Shown: piece after piece, positions 37,886-47,488 of the stretch
Position numbering within the stretch: position 1 is the stretch's first letter
Layout: each line of letters starts with the position of its first letter
Sequence record: DRR378314_95
DNA: 64,000 bases
Strand: one strand, 5' to 3'
Program-made: the position numbers and the translations under genes
Notes under the pieces: generated by a model
Told to the model about the DNA's origin: nothing
The model's input: only the letters and a program-made list of their open reading frames with translations
The model's database searches: none

Positions 37886-40663
37886 ATGCGGGTATCCACT
37901 AGAGTCAGAGTCCTTGCGGGCGCGTCCCTGGCCAGCCTTCTGCTGTCCGGGTCGATAGCTTATGCACAGGAAACACCTGAAGAAACAGCCGTCGACGAGA
38001 CGGATCGTCGGCTTGATAGCGTTGTGGTAACCGGTTTCCGGGACTCCCTCGCTGAAGCACTGGACCTCAAGAAAGAGTCGACTGGGGTCGTCGACGCAAT
38101 CGTTGCAGAAGACATTGCTGCATTCCCTGACCTGAACCTTGCAGAATCCCTGCAACGTATTCCGGGCATCGCAATTGATCGTCAGGCCGGCGAGGGTCGT
38201 CGCATCACTGTGCGCGGCCTTTCCGGCGATTTCACACGCGTACGCATCAACGGCATGGATGCCTTGGCGACTGGCGGTGGCTCCGATGCGTCAGGCGGGA
38301 CAAACAGAAGCCGCTCTTTTGACTTCAACACGTTCGCGTCCGAACTGTTTAGCCAGCTCGTTGTGCGCAAATCGCAATCTGCTTCGATCGAAGAAGGATC
38401 GCTCGGTGCTGTGGTGGAACTGCAGACCGCCCGTCCGCTCGATTATGATGCTGGCTGGACCTTCTCACTATCCGGGCAGGCACTCTACAATGACCTCGTG
38501 GAGGACACCTCGCCTCGCCTTGCTGGACTTGCGTCCTACAAGAGCGACAATGGCAGGTTCGGCGCATTACTGTCTGCGGCGTTCCAGGATCGCACAATCC
38601 GCGAAGAGGGCTTCTCATCAGTTCGCTTTGACGATCTCGGCACATTCCGCTCCGTCGACGGCGTTGACTGTGTCGGAGCTGACCCGCTGTCTGCAGGATG
38701 TGATGAGGTGCGGAACTCCTATTATGCACGGATTCCTCGCTACGGCCGCCTCACATATGATCAGGAACGCACAGGTCTGACGGGCGCGGTTCAATTCCGA
38801 CCGACCGACAAAACAACTGTGACCATTGAGGGCCTGTACTCAGAACTCGACGCTCAGCGTGATGAGGAGTTCTTGCAAGTCTTCGTTCGCTCGAACACCG
38901 ATAATATCGCCGTCACGGACTACAATGTGAACAGCGATGGCGTGCTTGATTATCTGCAAGGGGACGTTCTTGCCGACGCCAGCAATGGCATCATTCCAAT
39001 GCGCAGCGAACATCGCCGTGACTATTACACGACAGAGTTCAATCAGTTCACGATTGAAGTAGAGCATGACTTCTCTGATCAGCTGAGAGGGTCGTTCTTT
39101 GCAGGTCAGTCGTCATCGAATTTTGACAATCCGGTTCAGGCCACTGTGTTCTTCGATGCCGCCAATCCTGTCGAAGGCTACAGCTACGACTTCCGGAACA
39201 ATCTTGAGCTTCCGGCGATCAGCTACGGCAATACTGATGTAACCGACCCGTCGGAGTTCCTGTTCACACAATTCCGGAACCGCCCTCAAGGTTCGGAGAA
39301 TGACTTTGAGACCGTTCGCGCGGATCTGGAGTATGACTTCAGCAACAATTTGACGTTGTCAGGCGGCTTGAGCTTCAAGAAGTATGACTTCTCGACCCGG
39401 GAAATTCGTATTGACGGCAACGTTGCCGATCTCGACGGCTTTACAGAATCCCCAACCGTGAGCGGAGATTTGGTGGGTCTGGTCACTGGATATGGCAATG
39501 GCCTCGACTATGGCTCAAACGACACGTCCTGGATCAGCGCGAATTGGGATGCTGCAATCGCACTCAGCGGCATTTTGGATATTTCAGGTGACATCGCCTC
39601 TCGCCCGCAGGACAATCGCTCTGTTGAAGAAGAAGATCTCGGCGGATACGTCCAGCTCGACTTCGAAACTGAACTTTCCGGCATGCTGCTGCGCGGTGAC
39701 GTAGGGGCCCGTTATGTTGAAACCACCACCACAGCGTCCGGCTATGTTCCGGGCGATGGCGGACTTGCTCTTCGCACCGTTGAGAATTCGTACAATGACT
39801 TCCTGCCATCCATAAACGTGGTCCTTGAAGCCAATGATCAGGTGCAATTCCGCGGTGGCATCGCCAAAGTGATGGCCCGCCCTTCACTTGGAAACCTGAC
39901 ACCTGGCGGAAGCCTGGATACGTTCAGCGGTGAGCCGTACAGTTTCAGCATCGGCAACCCCGATCTGGACCCGTATCGCGCCACTGCCTATGATCTGAGT
40001 GCAGAATGGTACTTCGCAGAAGAAAGCCTCCTGGCAGTGTCCTTCTTCTACAAGGATGTCGAATCCTTTTTCCTGACTCCGGCCAGCACAGAAGTTGCGT
40101 TCAGCACACTGGGCCTTCCAGCCGGCGTCGCGTCATCCACAAGTCCGCTGGGTGAAGATCTCGCTGATGGTCTTGATCCGATCGTTGCGGTCAGCCAGGT
40201 GACCAATGGTGGGGATGCCTCCATCCAGGGTATGGAATTTGTGTATCAGCAGCCCTTCTTCTTCCTGCCGGGCCTTTTGCAAAATGCCGGATTTGTCGGG
40301 AACCTGACTTATGTCGATTCAGATGAAATCAGAAACTTCTCGGAAATCTCGCACAACATGACGCTCTACTATGAGACCGATCGGTTCTCTGCACGGATCT
40401 CTGGCGCGTACCGGGATGAATACCAGACCCGCGCACCAAATGGTTCGGGACGTACCGAAGGTCGCGAAGAGCGCGGCGTCGCATCGACCTACAATGTTGA
40501 CCTGTCTGTATCATATGCTTTGACGGATCAGCTTGATCTGACCTTCGAAGGCATCAACCTGACCGATGAGTTCGAGCATCAGACATTTGACCAGCTCAAC
40601 CTGCCGACCCTCTATCACCATACCGGCCGTAACTTCCTGTTCGGCGCCCGGTACACGTTCTAG
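37886..40663 (+). CDS. TonB-dependent receptor, probably for pectin oligosaccharides
   Basis: Signal peptide, TonB box DSVVVTG, plug NLAESLQRIPGI..VRGL, GNPDLDPY, C-terminal GARYTF. Confidence 0.95.
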   Translation: MRVSTRVRVLAGASLASLLLSGSIAYAQETPEETAVDETDRRLDSVVVTGFRDSLAEALDLKKESTGVVDAIVAEDIAAFPDLNLAESLQRIPGIAIDRQAGEGRRITVRGLSGDFTRVRINGMDALATGGGSDASGGTNRSRSFDFNTFASELFSQLVVRKSQSASIEEGSLGAVVELQTARPLDYDAGWTFSLSGQALYNDLVEDTSPRLAGLASYKSDNGRFGALLSAAFQDRTIREEGFSSVRFDDLGTFRSVDGVDCVGADPLSAGCDEVRNSYYARIPRYGRLTYDQERTGLTGAVQFRPTDKTTVTIEGLYSELDAQRDEEFLQVFVRSNTDNIAVTDYNVNSDGVLDYLQGDVLADASNGIIPMRSEHRRDYYTTEFNQFTIEVEHDFSDQLRGSFFAGQSSSNFDNPVQATVFFDAANPVEGYSYDFRNNLELPAISYGNTDVTDPSEFLFTQFRNRPQGSENDFETVRADLEYDFSNNLTLSGGLSFKKYDFSTREIRIDGNVADLDGFTESPTVSGDLVGLVTGYGNGLDYGSNDTSWISANWDAAIALSGILDISGDIASRPQDNRSVEEEDLGGYVQLDFETELSGMLLRGDVGARYVETTTTASGYVPGDGGLALRTVENSYNDFLPSINVVLEANDQVQFRGGIAKVMARPSLGNLTPGGSLDTFSGEPYSFSIGNPDLDPYRATAYDLSAEWYFAEESLLAVSFFYKDVESFFLTPASTEVAFSTLGLPAGVASSTSPLGEDLADGLDPIVAVSQVTNGGDASIQGMEFVYQQPFFFLPGLLQNAGFVGNLTYVDSDEIRNFSEISHNMTLYYETDRFSARISGAYRDEYQTRAPNGSGRTEGREERGVASTYNVDLSVSYALTDQLDLTFEGINLTDEFEHQTFDQLNLPTLYHHTGRNFLFGARYTF

Positions 40664-40679
40664 GGGCAAATCGCTGGAT

Positions 40680-40712
40680 TGGACTGGCGGTCCGACATGT
40701 ATCGCCAGTCCA
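40680..40712 (+). other. Stem-loop after the receptor stop codon
   Basis: TGGACTGGCG-N13-CGCCAGTCCA. Confidence 0.6.
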
Positions 40713-40757
40713 GACCACCTTTTCTGACATTGCGCTCCTCCCAAGACGCATGTTCTG

Positions 40758-40793
40758 AATGGCCCCGGCGAGACTTCGCAGGGGCCATTTTTT
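40758..40793 (+). terminator. Intrinsic terminator between the receptor and GH43 genes
   Basis: AATGGCCCC-G-GCGA-gact-TCGC-A-GGGGCCATT followed by a T run. Confidence 0.75.
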
Positions 40794-40806
40794 CAGGATG
40801 ACAAAC

Positions 40807-42435
40807 ATGAAAGACCTTTTGACCCGACGCCAAAGCCTGTTGCTCCTTGGCACAACCATCGCAGCTGGAGCCTGCAGCGCGAAGCCAACCGGGCGAGCGC
40901 GGCCCGATGCCGGTAGTCGCCCAACGCCTTCTATGGCGGGATGGGGCGCCGGATTTGAGAACCAGAGAATAGCAGATCGCGGCGATGGCACTTTCCTCAA
41001 TCCAATATTCTCTGGCGACCGGCCCGACCCATCCATCATCAAAGATGGGGATACTTACTATCTAACATTCTCGAGTTTCGATGCTTATCCAGGTCTGTTC
41101 ATCTGGCAGTCAAACGATCTCGTAAACTGGCAACCTGTAGGTCCAGCGCTAACCCACCCCATTGGGTCCGTATGGGCACCAGACCTTGTTAAACACGACG
41201 GGCGCTACTTCATCTATATTCCTGCCCGCAGCGCGGACAGAAAATCCATTTATGTCATCCACGCCGATCGTATAGATGGGCCCTGGAGCGAGCCAGTTGA
41301 TCTCAACCTTCCTGACCATATCGACCCGGCCCATGCCGTTGGAGAAGACGGCAAGCGATATCTGTTCCTGTCCAATGGCGATTTGATTCAGCTATCCGAA
41401 GACGGACTGTCTACAGTCGGCGAAGTTGAACATGTATATGACCCGTGGCGCTATCCTGAAGACTGGGATGTTGAGTGCTTTTGTCCGGAAGGCCCCAAAA
41501 TACTGAGGAAGAACGATTGGTTTTACATGTTGACCGCAGTTGGCGGAACCGCGGGCCCTCCGACTGGGCATATGGTTATTGCGGCGCGGTCGCGTTCTGT
41601 GAAAGGACCTTGGCATCATGCACCGAACAACCCTCAAGTTCGAACCACTGACCGGTCCGAATCGTGGTGGTCACGAGGGCATGCGACATTGCTGGAAGGC
41701 CCGAACGGTGATTGGTGGATGATCTCACACGGTTACGAGAACGGCTTCTGGACACTTGGACGGCAATGTCTTCTCGAGCCAATCCGTTGGAGAGATGATG
41801 GTTGGTTCGAGTCGCTTGGGGGTGATTTGTCCAGACCGTTCCCCAAGCCCCGGCCCGATGAGCACCGACCTCATGGTATTCCCCTGTCAGACGACTTCAC
41901 GTCTGCATCACTCGGTCCCCAATGGGCATTTTACAATCCGTCACCTGAAGAATATGGCCGAGTCTCCCTGAATGGCTCGGGACTGGCTCTGGCGGCGAAA
42001 GGCAGCACACCAGCCGATACGTCTCCACTCTGCGTAATCCCCGGTGATCGCGCGTACGAAGTCACTATACAGATTGAACTCGAGGCCGGTGCGCGCGCAG
42101 GTCTTCTCTTGTTCTACAATGCGGGCCTGTACTGCGGAATCAGTTATGGACCGGAGGGTCTTGTCATGCATCGGTACGGCCAGGAGCGTGCTCGCCCCGG
42201 TGACTTGAAACCGGGGCTCACCAAGTTTGATTTAAAAGCTCGCAACGATCATCACGTTGTAACCTTCTTCACCCGGCTACCCGGCGAAAGATGGAAGAAG
42301 TTCGACGTACAGATGGAGGTATCAGGATACCACCATAATACAGCTTATGACTTTCTGAGTCTTCGCCCTGGATTGATGTCTGCCGGAACCGGGCAGGTCC
42401 GCTTCACGCAGTTTCAGTACAGGTCGCTTTCCTAG
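40807..42435 (+). CDS. GH43 glycosidase (xylosidase/arabinosidase-like), Tat lipoprotein
   Basis: TRRQSLL..AGAC signal, NPIFSGDRPDPSI, WAPDL, IDP, PEGPKI, GHATL, C-terminal beta-sandwich. Confidence 0.92.
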   Translation: MKDLLTRRQSLLLLGTTIAAGACSAKPTGRARPDAGSRPTPSMAGWGAGFENQRIADRGDGTFLNPIFSGDRPDPSIIKDGDTYYLTFSSFDAYPGLFIWQSNDLVNWQPVGPALTHPIGSVWAPDLVKHDGRYFIYIPARSADRKSIYVIHADRIDGPWSEPVDLNLPDHIDPAHAVGEDGKRYLFLSNGDLIQLSEDGLSTVGEVEHVYDPWRYPEDWDVECFCPEGPKILRKNDWFYMLTAVGGTAGPPTGHMVIAARSRSVKGPWHHAPNNPQVRTTDRSESWWSRGHATLLEGPNGDWWMISHGYENGFWTLGRQCLLEPIRWRDDGWFESLGGDLSRPFPKPRPDEHRPHGIPLSDDFTSASLGPQWAFYNPSPEEYGRVSLNGSGLALAAKGSTPADTSPLCVIPGDRAYEVTIQIELEAGARAGLLLFYNAGLYCGISYGPEGLVMHRYGQERARPGDLKPGLTKFDLKARNDHHVVTFFTRLPGERWKKFDVQMEVSGYHHNTAYDFLSLRPGLMSAGTGQVRFTQFQYRSLS

Positions 42436-43241
42436 GCCGGTGAGTCGACGAACTTTCCGACGGCTGACAGTCGCAGATCAATGTCACGCGCACCGTGCGT
42501 TTTAATCACGGCTTTTTGTCCCACATGCGCAGCGTGTACGCCGGTCACCGCACCGGTTGTAATTGCCATACCCTTTTTTAAAGGCATGCCTCGGCGCGCC
42601 GAATTCTCCAGCATGAAGCGGAAGGATTCGATCGGCCCCCCCGGAATTCCACTAGCGTCTCCTGTGCCGACTGTCTGTCCATCAATCAGCGTTTCAAATG
42701 GCCAGCGATCAAATTCAAGCGTATCCCAATCCGGTAACTCATCACCGATGATCAGGCCATAATTGTTGCCGAAGTCAGAAATAGTCACCAAAGGTCCATG
42801 ATCGTTAATACCGCTGAATGGACTGCTCGCGATCTCCACCCCCGTATGGACAGACCCGACGAGGGCGATAGCCTCTTGCGTAGAGTATCCTGTTTTCGAC
42901 GGATCAGCGTCTTCGGCGACGATGATTACACACTCACCTTCGACCGCCGCAAACCCTTCCGCAAATACCGGGCTGTCCATCTCTGATTCTGTCTGATGGC
43001 GGATCAGTTTGTTGAAGACCGGGCCCGCCAGACGATCCGTTCCGAATCGCTCGACATCTGCACCGTTGATCCGCCCCACCTTCCAGCCAGCAACTGCGTC
43101 AGGCCAGAGCGTTATAGCCTCATCCTGAATCGCATACGCGTCAGACAACGTAAGAGGCGCCTCTCCCGGATACTCACTAAGACTGCCAGCTGAAAGCCGC
43201 GCTTCAACGAATTTTTTTGCAATATTTTCAAAGACGCTCAC
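42432..43241 (-). CDS. FAH-superfamily protein, 2-keto-4-pentenoate hydratase-like
   Basis: AYAIQD, GWKVG, VEGE, GVEIASS, SDFGNN, ITTGAVTG. Confidence 0.82.
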   Translation of the reverse strand: MSVFENIAKKFVEARLSAGSLSEYPGEAPLTLSDAYAIQDEAITLWPDAVAGWKVGRINGADVERFGTDRLAGPVFNKLIRHQTESEMDSPVFAEGFAAVEGECVIIVAEDADPSKTGYSTQEAIALVGSVHTGVEIASSPFSGINDHGPLVTISDFGNNYGLIIGDELPDWDTLEFDRWPFETLIDGQTVGTGDASGIPGGPIESFRFMLENSARRGMPLKKGMAITTGAVTGVHAAHVGQKAVIKTHGARDIDLRLSAVGKFVDSPA

Positions 43242-43281
43242 GCTTTTTCCTCGGCCTGTTCGAACTGGGGTGGACAGTATA

Positions 43282-43295
43282 GGAAACCGGTGTCA
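43282..43295. promoter_or_regulatory. LacI operator between the hydratase-like and pectate lyase genes
   Basis: GGAAACCGGTGTCA, 12/14 match to the palindrome. Confidence 0.7.
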
Positions 43296-43387
43296 TTTTC
43301 AAACCTCATAATGATAAATTCTAGCGGAAACAGGCTGTCAGCGTCTTTTGGCTCGCCATTTCTGCAGCCAAATGCGAGGAATCCGAC

Positions 43388-44764
43388 ATGGCGCAACACA
43401 CAGCCTCCCGAACACTAGCTTTGCTCGCGATCATGTCGCTGGCCGGTTGCGCCACTGCGCAGACAACAACTGCCTCGACTGCGCCTGCAACATTCGAAAC
43501 CGCAACGCCTGCTGCGCCCTGGATGGGGCCACTCGGTCCAGCAAGCACAACTGTCGGCGGCAAAGGCGGTCAAATTGTCAAAGTCACAAATCTGGATTCC
43601 GCTGGGCCCGGCAGTCTTCGCGAAGCATTGCAGGCTGAAGGGCCGAAGATTATCGTGTTCGAAGTTGGCGGCGTCATCGACCTCAACGGCGACAATCTAC
43701 ATGTCGCGACATCGAATATCACCATCGCGGGCCAAACAGCCCCCTCCCCCGGCATAACGCTGATCAAAGGCGGCATGGTGATTACCGGCGACGACATAAT
43801 CGTTCAGCATCTTCGCATTCGTCCCGGAGATTTGGGTGAGGCCTATCGCAGTGGTCGGGATATCGACGCCATTACAACGATTTCTGCCCGCAATGTGATT
43901 GTTGACCACTGCTCGCTAAGCTGGGCGACAGACGAAAACCTGTCGGCATCAGGTCCGCGATTCACCGGCGACACGCCCGACGAATGGCGCGACGGCACAT
44001 CCCATACAATCGCTTACACCAACAATATCATTGCTGAAGGCCTTTCCCATTCGACCCACGCCAAGGGCGAGCATTCGAAAGGGTCTCTTATCCACGATAA
44101 TGTGAGCGACATCCTGATCTACGGAAACCTGTACGCACACAATTTCGAAAGAAGCCCACTGTTCAAAGGGGGCGTTCACGGCGCGATCGTGAACAATTTC
44201 ATCTACAATCCAGGCCAGCGCGGGGTGCACTACAATCTCCAGGGTCTGGAGTGGGGAGATGTCCCTGCTGAAACCGGCCGGATGGATTTGGTCGGCAATG
44301 TCATGCGCGCCGGCCCCTCGACCAGCGACGGCCTTCCCCTGCTGATGATCGGAGGCGATGGGGCGCTGGATTTGCACATGGCCGGCAATGTCGCGCAAGA
44401 CCAATGGGGTTCAGCCCTGCCAGATGCCGGTAGCTATACGAGCAATTCAGCCTCGGAATTGAGCGAGGCCGGACCTTCAGCGATTATGACAGATCTGCCT
44501 ATTCTCTCTGCTGGTCAGGTGGAATCTTACGTTCTCAAGAATGCCGGCGCGCGGCCTTGGGACCGCGATGCCATAGATGTGCGCATTCTTGCTGACACCG
44601 CTGAAGGCCGCGGGCAGATCATCGACAGCCAGGAACAAGTGGGTGGCTATCCGGAACTGGACGCGACATATCGCGAATTTGATCCGTCTCAATGGCATCT
44701 GGACACTATGAAGCCCGCCACGCAAGACGCCCTGGATTCCGGTCTCAAGGCCAAGGGGACTTGA
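43388..44764 (+). CDS. Pectate lyase, family PL1, lipoprotein
   Basis: Lipobox LAGC, TVGGKGG..VTNL..GPGSLREA, TIAGQTAP, LRIRPG, IVDHCSLSWATDE, RSP. Confidence 0.92.
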   Translation: MAQHTASRTLALLAIMSLAGCATAQTTTASTAPATFETATPAAPWMGPLGPASTTVGGKGGQIVKVTNLDSAGPGSLREALQAEGPKIIVFEVGGVIDLNGDNLHVATSNITIAGQTAPSPGITLIKGGMVITGDDIIVQHLRIRPGDLGEAYRSGRDIDAITTISARNVIVDHCSLSWATDENLSASGPRFTGDTPDEWRDGTSHTIAYTNNIIAEGLSHSTHAKGEHSKGSLIHDNVSDILIYGNLYAHNFERSPLFKGGVHGAIVNNFIYNPGQRGVHYNLQGLEWGDVPAETGRMDLVGNVMRAGPSTSDGLPLLMIGGDGALDLHMAGNVAQDQWGSALPDAGSYTSNSASELSEAGPSAIMTDLPILSAGQVESYVLKNAGARPWDRDAIDVRILADTAEGRGQIIDSQEQVGGYPELDATYREFDPSQWHLDTMKPATQDALDSGLKAKGT

Positions 44765-44814
44765 AGCTGCTCCAAATCAGGTGAAAAAGGTTCGCTGGGC
44801 AGCAAGGCTTTCCT

Positions 44815-45864
44815 ATGAGTGACGACGAACAAGAGTCCAAACCGGCCCGCGACCGGTCTCAGGTGACGATTATCGACATTGCCCGCATGGCGGGTGTTTC
44901 GAAGAAGACTGTGTCACGCGTGATCAACGAGTCGCCGCTTGTACGTGAAGAGACCCGCAAAAAAGTGAAGGAAATCATCGCGGAGACCGGGTTCACGCCG
45001 AACCCGCAAGCGCGTGCCCTCGCCTTCCGCAAGTCTTTCCTGATCGGGCTCGTCTATGACAACCCAAGCCCTCAATATGTCGTCAATATGCAGCGCGGCA
45101 TCCTGGATACGCTGGGCGACACGGCTTTTCAGCTCGTTTTGCGTCCATGTGATCGTGGCGAAGACAATTATCGTGAACGGGTAAGATCCTTCATCCTGCA
45201 GCACAAGCCTCACGGCATCATCCTGACGCCATCTGTCTCCGAAGATGAGACTCTTGCCGAAATCCTGCGCGAAGAAGAGTGCGATTATGTTCGCATTGCG
45301 TCGCTGGAACTGGACATTCCGTCGCGCAGCATCCGTACGCACGATGCGCAGGGCGCCGAGATGGCAGCGGCCCACCTCGCCCAACTGGGGCACAAGCGTA
45401 TCGGACACATTCACGGTCCCAAAACATTCCGGTCTGCCCATGAGCGCTTGTCTGGTTTCAGAAGCGGTTTGGAAAGCTATGGACTTGAGCTTGCGCCCGA
45501 ACTCACCGTCGAGGGCGCCTACACGTTCGATTCCGGCGTCTCCAGCGCGACCCGCTTGCTGAATCGCCGCGACCGACCAACCGCAATTTTTGCGGGTAAT
45601 GATGAAATGGCCGTCGGTGTATATGTGGCCGCCCGTAAAGCTGGCCTGAGGATTCCGGAAGATTTGTCCATCGTCGGGTTCGACGACACACCTATTTCTG
45701 CGCGCATCTGGCCGCCGCTGACAACTGTCCGTTCGCCTATCCGGGAGGTTGGACGCGCAGCTGCAGACCTGTTGCTGAAGCGCGGAAGCGGCTCTGAGAA
45801 CCTCAAAGAACTGCAATCCTTCCAACTCGAATTGATCGTGCGCGAATCCACGCGCTCTGTCTGA
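44815..45864 (+). CDS. LacI-family repressor of the uronate locus
   Basis: TIIDIARMAGVSKKTVSRVIN, PNPQARAL, NDEMA, SIVGFDD. Confidence 0.95.
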   Translation: MSDDEQESKPARDRSQVTIIDIARMAGVSKKTVSRVINESPLVREETRKKVKEIIAETGFTPNPQARALAFRKSFLIGLVYDNPSPQYVVNMQRGILDTLGDTAFQLVLRPCDRGEDNYRERVRSFILQHKPHGIILTPSVSEDETLAEILREEECDYVRIASLELDIPSRSIRTHDAQGAEMAAAHLAQLGHKRIGHIHGPKTFRSAHERLSGFRSGLESYGLELAPELTVEGAYTFDSGVSSATRLLNRRDRPTAIFAGNDEMAVGVYVAARKAGLRIPEDLSIVGFDDTPISARIWPPLTTVRSPIREVGRAAADLLLKRGSGSENLKELQSFQLELIVRESTRSV

Positions 45865-45907
45865 TTTGAGGCAAATGATGCGGTTGTCAGCCTCTGGAGC
45901 AGATGTT

Positions 45908-45923
45908 ATGACACCGGTTACCA
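45908..45923 (+). promoter_or_regulatory. LacI operator upstream of the dhuI-kduD-kdgK operon
   Basis: ATGACACCGGTTACCA, identical to 50649-50664. Confidence 0.78.
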
Positions 45924-46011
45924 AATTAAATTTACGCGGCTTTTTTGTATCACCATGTAAAGCGCGCCAGGCCAGACGCAGGCGAAACCAGAACCATCAA
46001 AGGGACCCCCT

Positions 46012-46653
46012 ATGAACATCGCACTCATCATCGAAAACAGTCAGGCCGCGAAGAGCGAGATTGTTCACGACGCGCTGAAAACCGTGGCCGAACCGCTGGG
46101 ACACAATGTGCACCATTACGGGATGTATAGCCCCGAGGATAACACGCAGCTGACCTACATCATGAATGGTTTGCTGGCCGGCATTCTGCTGAATTCCCAA
46201 GCGGCGGATTTTGTCGTCACAGGATGCGGGACCGGTATGGGCTCCATGCTCGGCTGCAACGCTATGCCAGGCGTTATCTGCGGCTTGGTGATTGATCCGA
46301 CTGACGCGTTCCTTTTCGGTCAGATCAATGATGGCAACGCCATTTCCATGCCCTATGCAAAAGGCTTCGGATGGGCGGCTGAACTGAACCTGCAAGACTG
46401 TTACCGCAAGCTCTTCGAAGTTGAGCGGGGTGTCGGTTATCCCAAAGAGCGCGCAGCCATCATGGCAAAGAACCGCAACATCCTAAGCGAAGTAAAAGCC
46501 GCTTCACACCATGACATGCTGACGGTTCTGAAATCTGTCGATCAGGACTTGCTGAAAACTGCGATCTCTGGCGAGCGCTTCCAAGAATACTTCTTTGCCA
46601 ACGCAAAGGATGAAGCCATCGCAGAATATGTGAAGTCCGTGCTGGCCTCTTGA
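46012..46653 (+). CDS. RpiB/LacAB-fold isomerase, DhuI-type (KduI analogue)
   Basis: IIENSQAAKS, DFVVTGCGTGMG, PYAKGFGWAAELNL, GYPKERA, directly upstream of kduD. Confidence 0.8.
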   Translation: MNIALIIENSQAAKSEIVHDALKTVAEPLGHNVHHYGMYSPEDNTQLTYIMNGLLAGILLNSQAADFVVTGCGTGMGSMLGCNAMPGVICGLVIDPTDAFLFGQINDGNAISMPYAKGFGWAAELNLQDCYRKLFEVERGVGYPKERAAIMAKNRNILSEVKAASHHDMLTVLKSVDQDLLKTAISGERFQEYFFANAKDEAIAEYVKSVLAS

Positions 46654-46702
46654 ACCGCCACAACACCAGACTTCACGTACAATAACTTTCTGGGAGAGGT
46701 TG

Positions 46703-47464
46703 ATGAGCATCAATCCGTTCAGTCTTGAGGGCAAGACAGCCATCGTAACGGGCGCGAATACTGGCCTTGGCCAAGGCATGGCAATTGCGCTCGCAGAAGC
46801 TGGGGCCGATGTCTGCGTTGTCGGGCGAAGCGAGCCCAGCGAGACGCTCGACAAGCTTGCCGCGACTGGCCGCAAGTCGCACTCCATCCTGGCAGACCTC
46901 GGCTCTGCAGACAGTGTCGAGGCGATCGTATCTGACGCCAAGTCTGCGCTCGGCGGCATTGATATACTTGTGAACAATGCTGGTATCATCAAGCGAAACG
47001 ATTCCATCGACTTCACGTTTGACGAATGGGACTCGGTGATGAATGTGAATCTCCGAACTCTCTTCTTTCTCAGTCAGGCCGTTGCGCGGGAAATGATTGC
47101 AGCAGACACTGGTGGAAAGATCATCAATATTGCCAGCATGCTGAGTTTTCAGGGCGGCATTCGGGTGCCATCCTACACGGCATCAAAGAGCGGCGTGGCC
47201 GGCCTTACAAAGATTCTCGCCAATGAATGGGCCAAGCATGGCATCAATGTGAATGCGATTGCACCAGGATACTTTGCGACCAATAATACAGCCGCCCTTC
47301 AAGCTGATGAGACGCGAAACAAGGAAATTCTTGGCCGAATTCCATCCGGGCGCTGGGGCAAGCCATCTGATTTGGGAGGTGCCGCGGTTTTCCTCGCCTC
47401 CAGTGCGTCGGACTATGTTCAGGGAATCACGTTGCCGGTCGATGGCGGCTGGTTGGCCAGGTAA
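46703..47464 (+). CDS. kduD: 2-dehydro-3-deoxy-D-gluconate 5-dehydrogenase
   Basis: TGANTGLG, ASMLSFQGGIRVPSYTASKSG, VDGGWLAR. Confidence 0.95.
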   Translation: MSINPFSLEGKTAIVTGANTGLGQGMAIALAEAGADVCVVGRSEPSETLDKLAATGRKSHSILADLGSADSVEAIVSDAKSALGGIDILVNNAGIIKRNDSIDFTFDEWDSVMNVNLRTLFFLSQAVAREMIAADTGGKIINIASMLSFQGGIRVPSYTASKSGVAGLTKILANEWAKHGINVNAIAPGYFATNNTAALQADETRNKEILGRIPSGRWGKPSDLGGAAVFLASSASDYVQGITLPVDGGWLAR

Positions 47465-47488
47465 AACGCGAGAACGGACGAACGCGAT

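Noticed and set aside
44914-45924. 336-aa ORF antisense to the LacI gene, and other long shadow ORFs (for example 4782-5606, 20524-21318, 55605-56345)
   Set aside because: They overlap confidently identified genes, show no motifs, and are expected in GC-rich coding DNA
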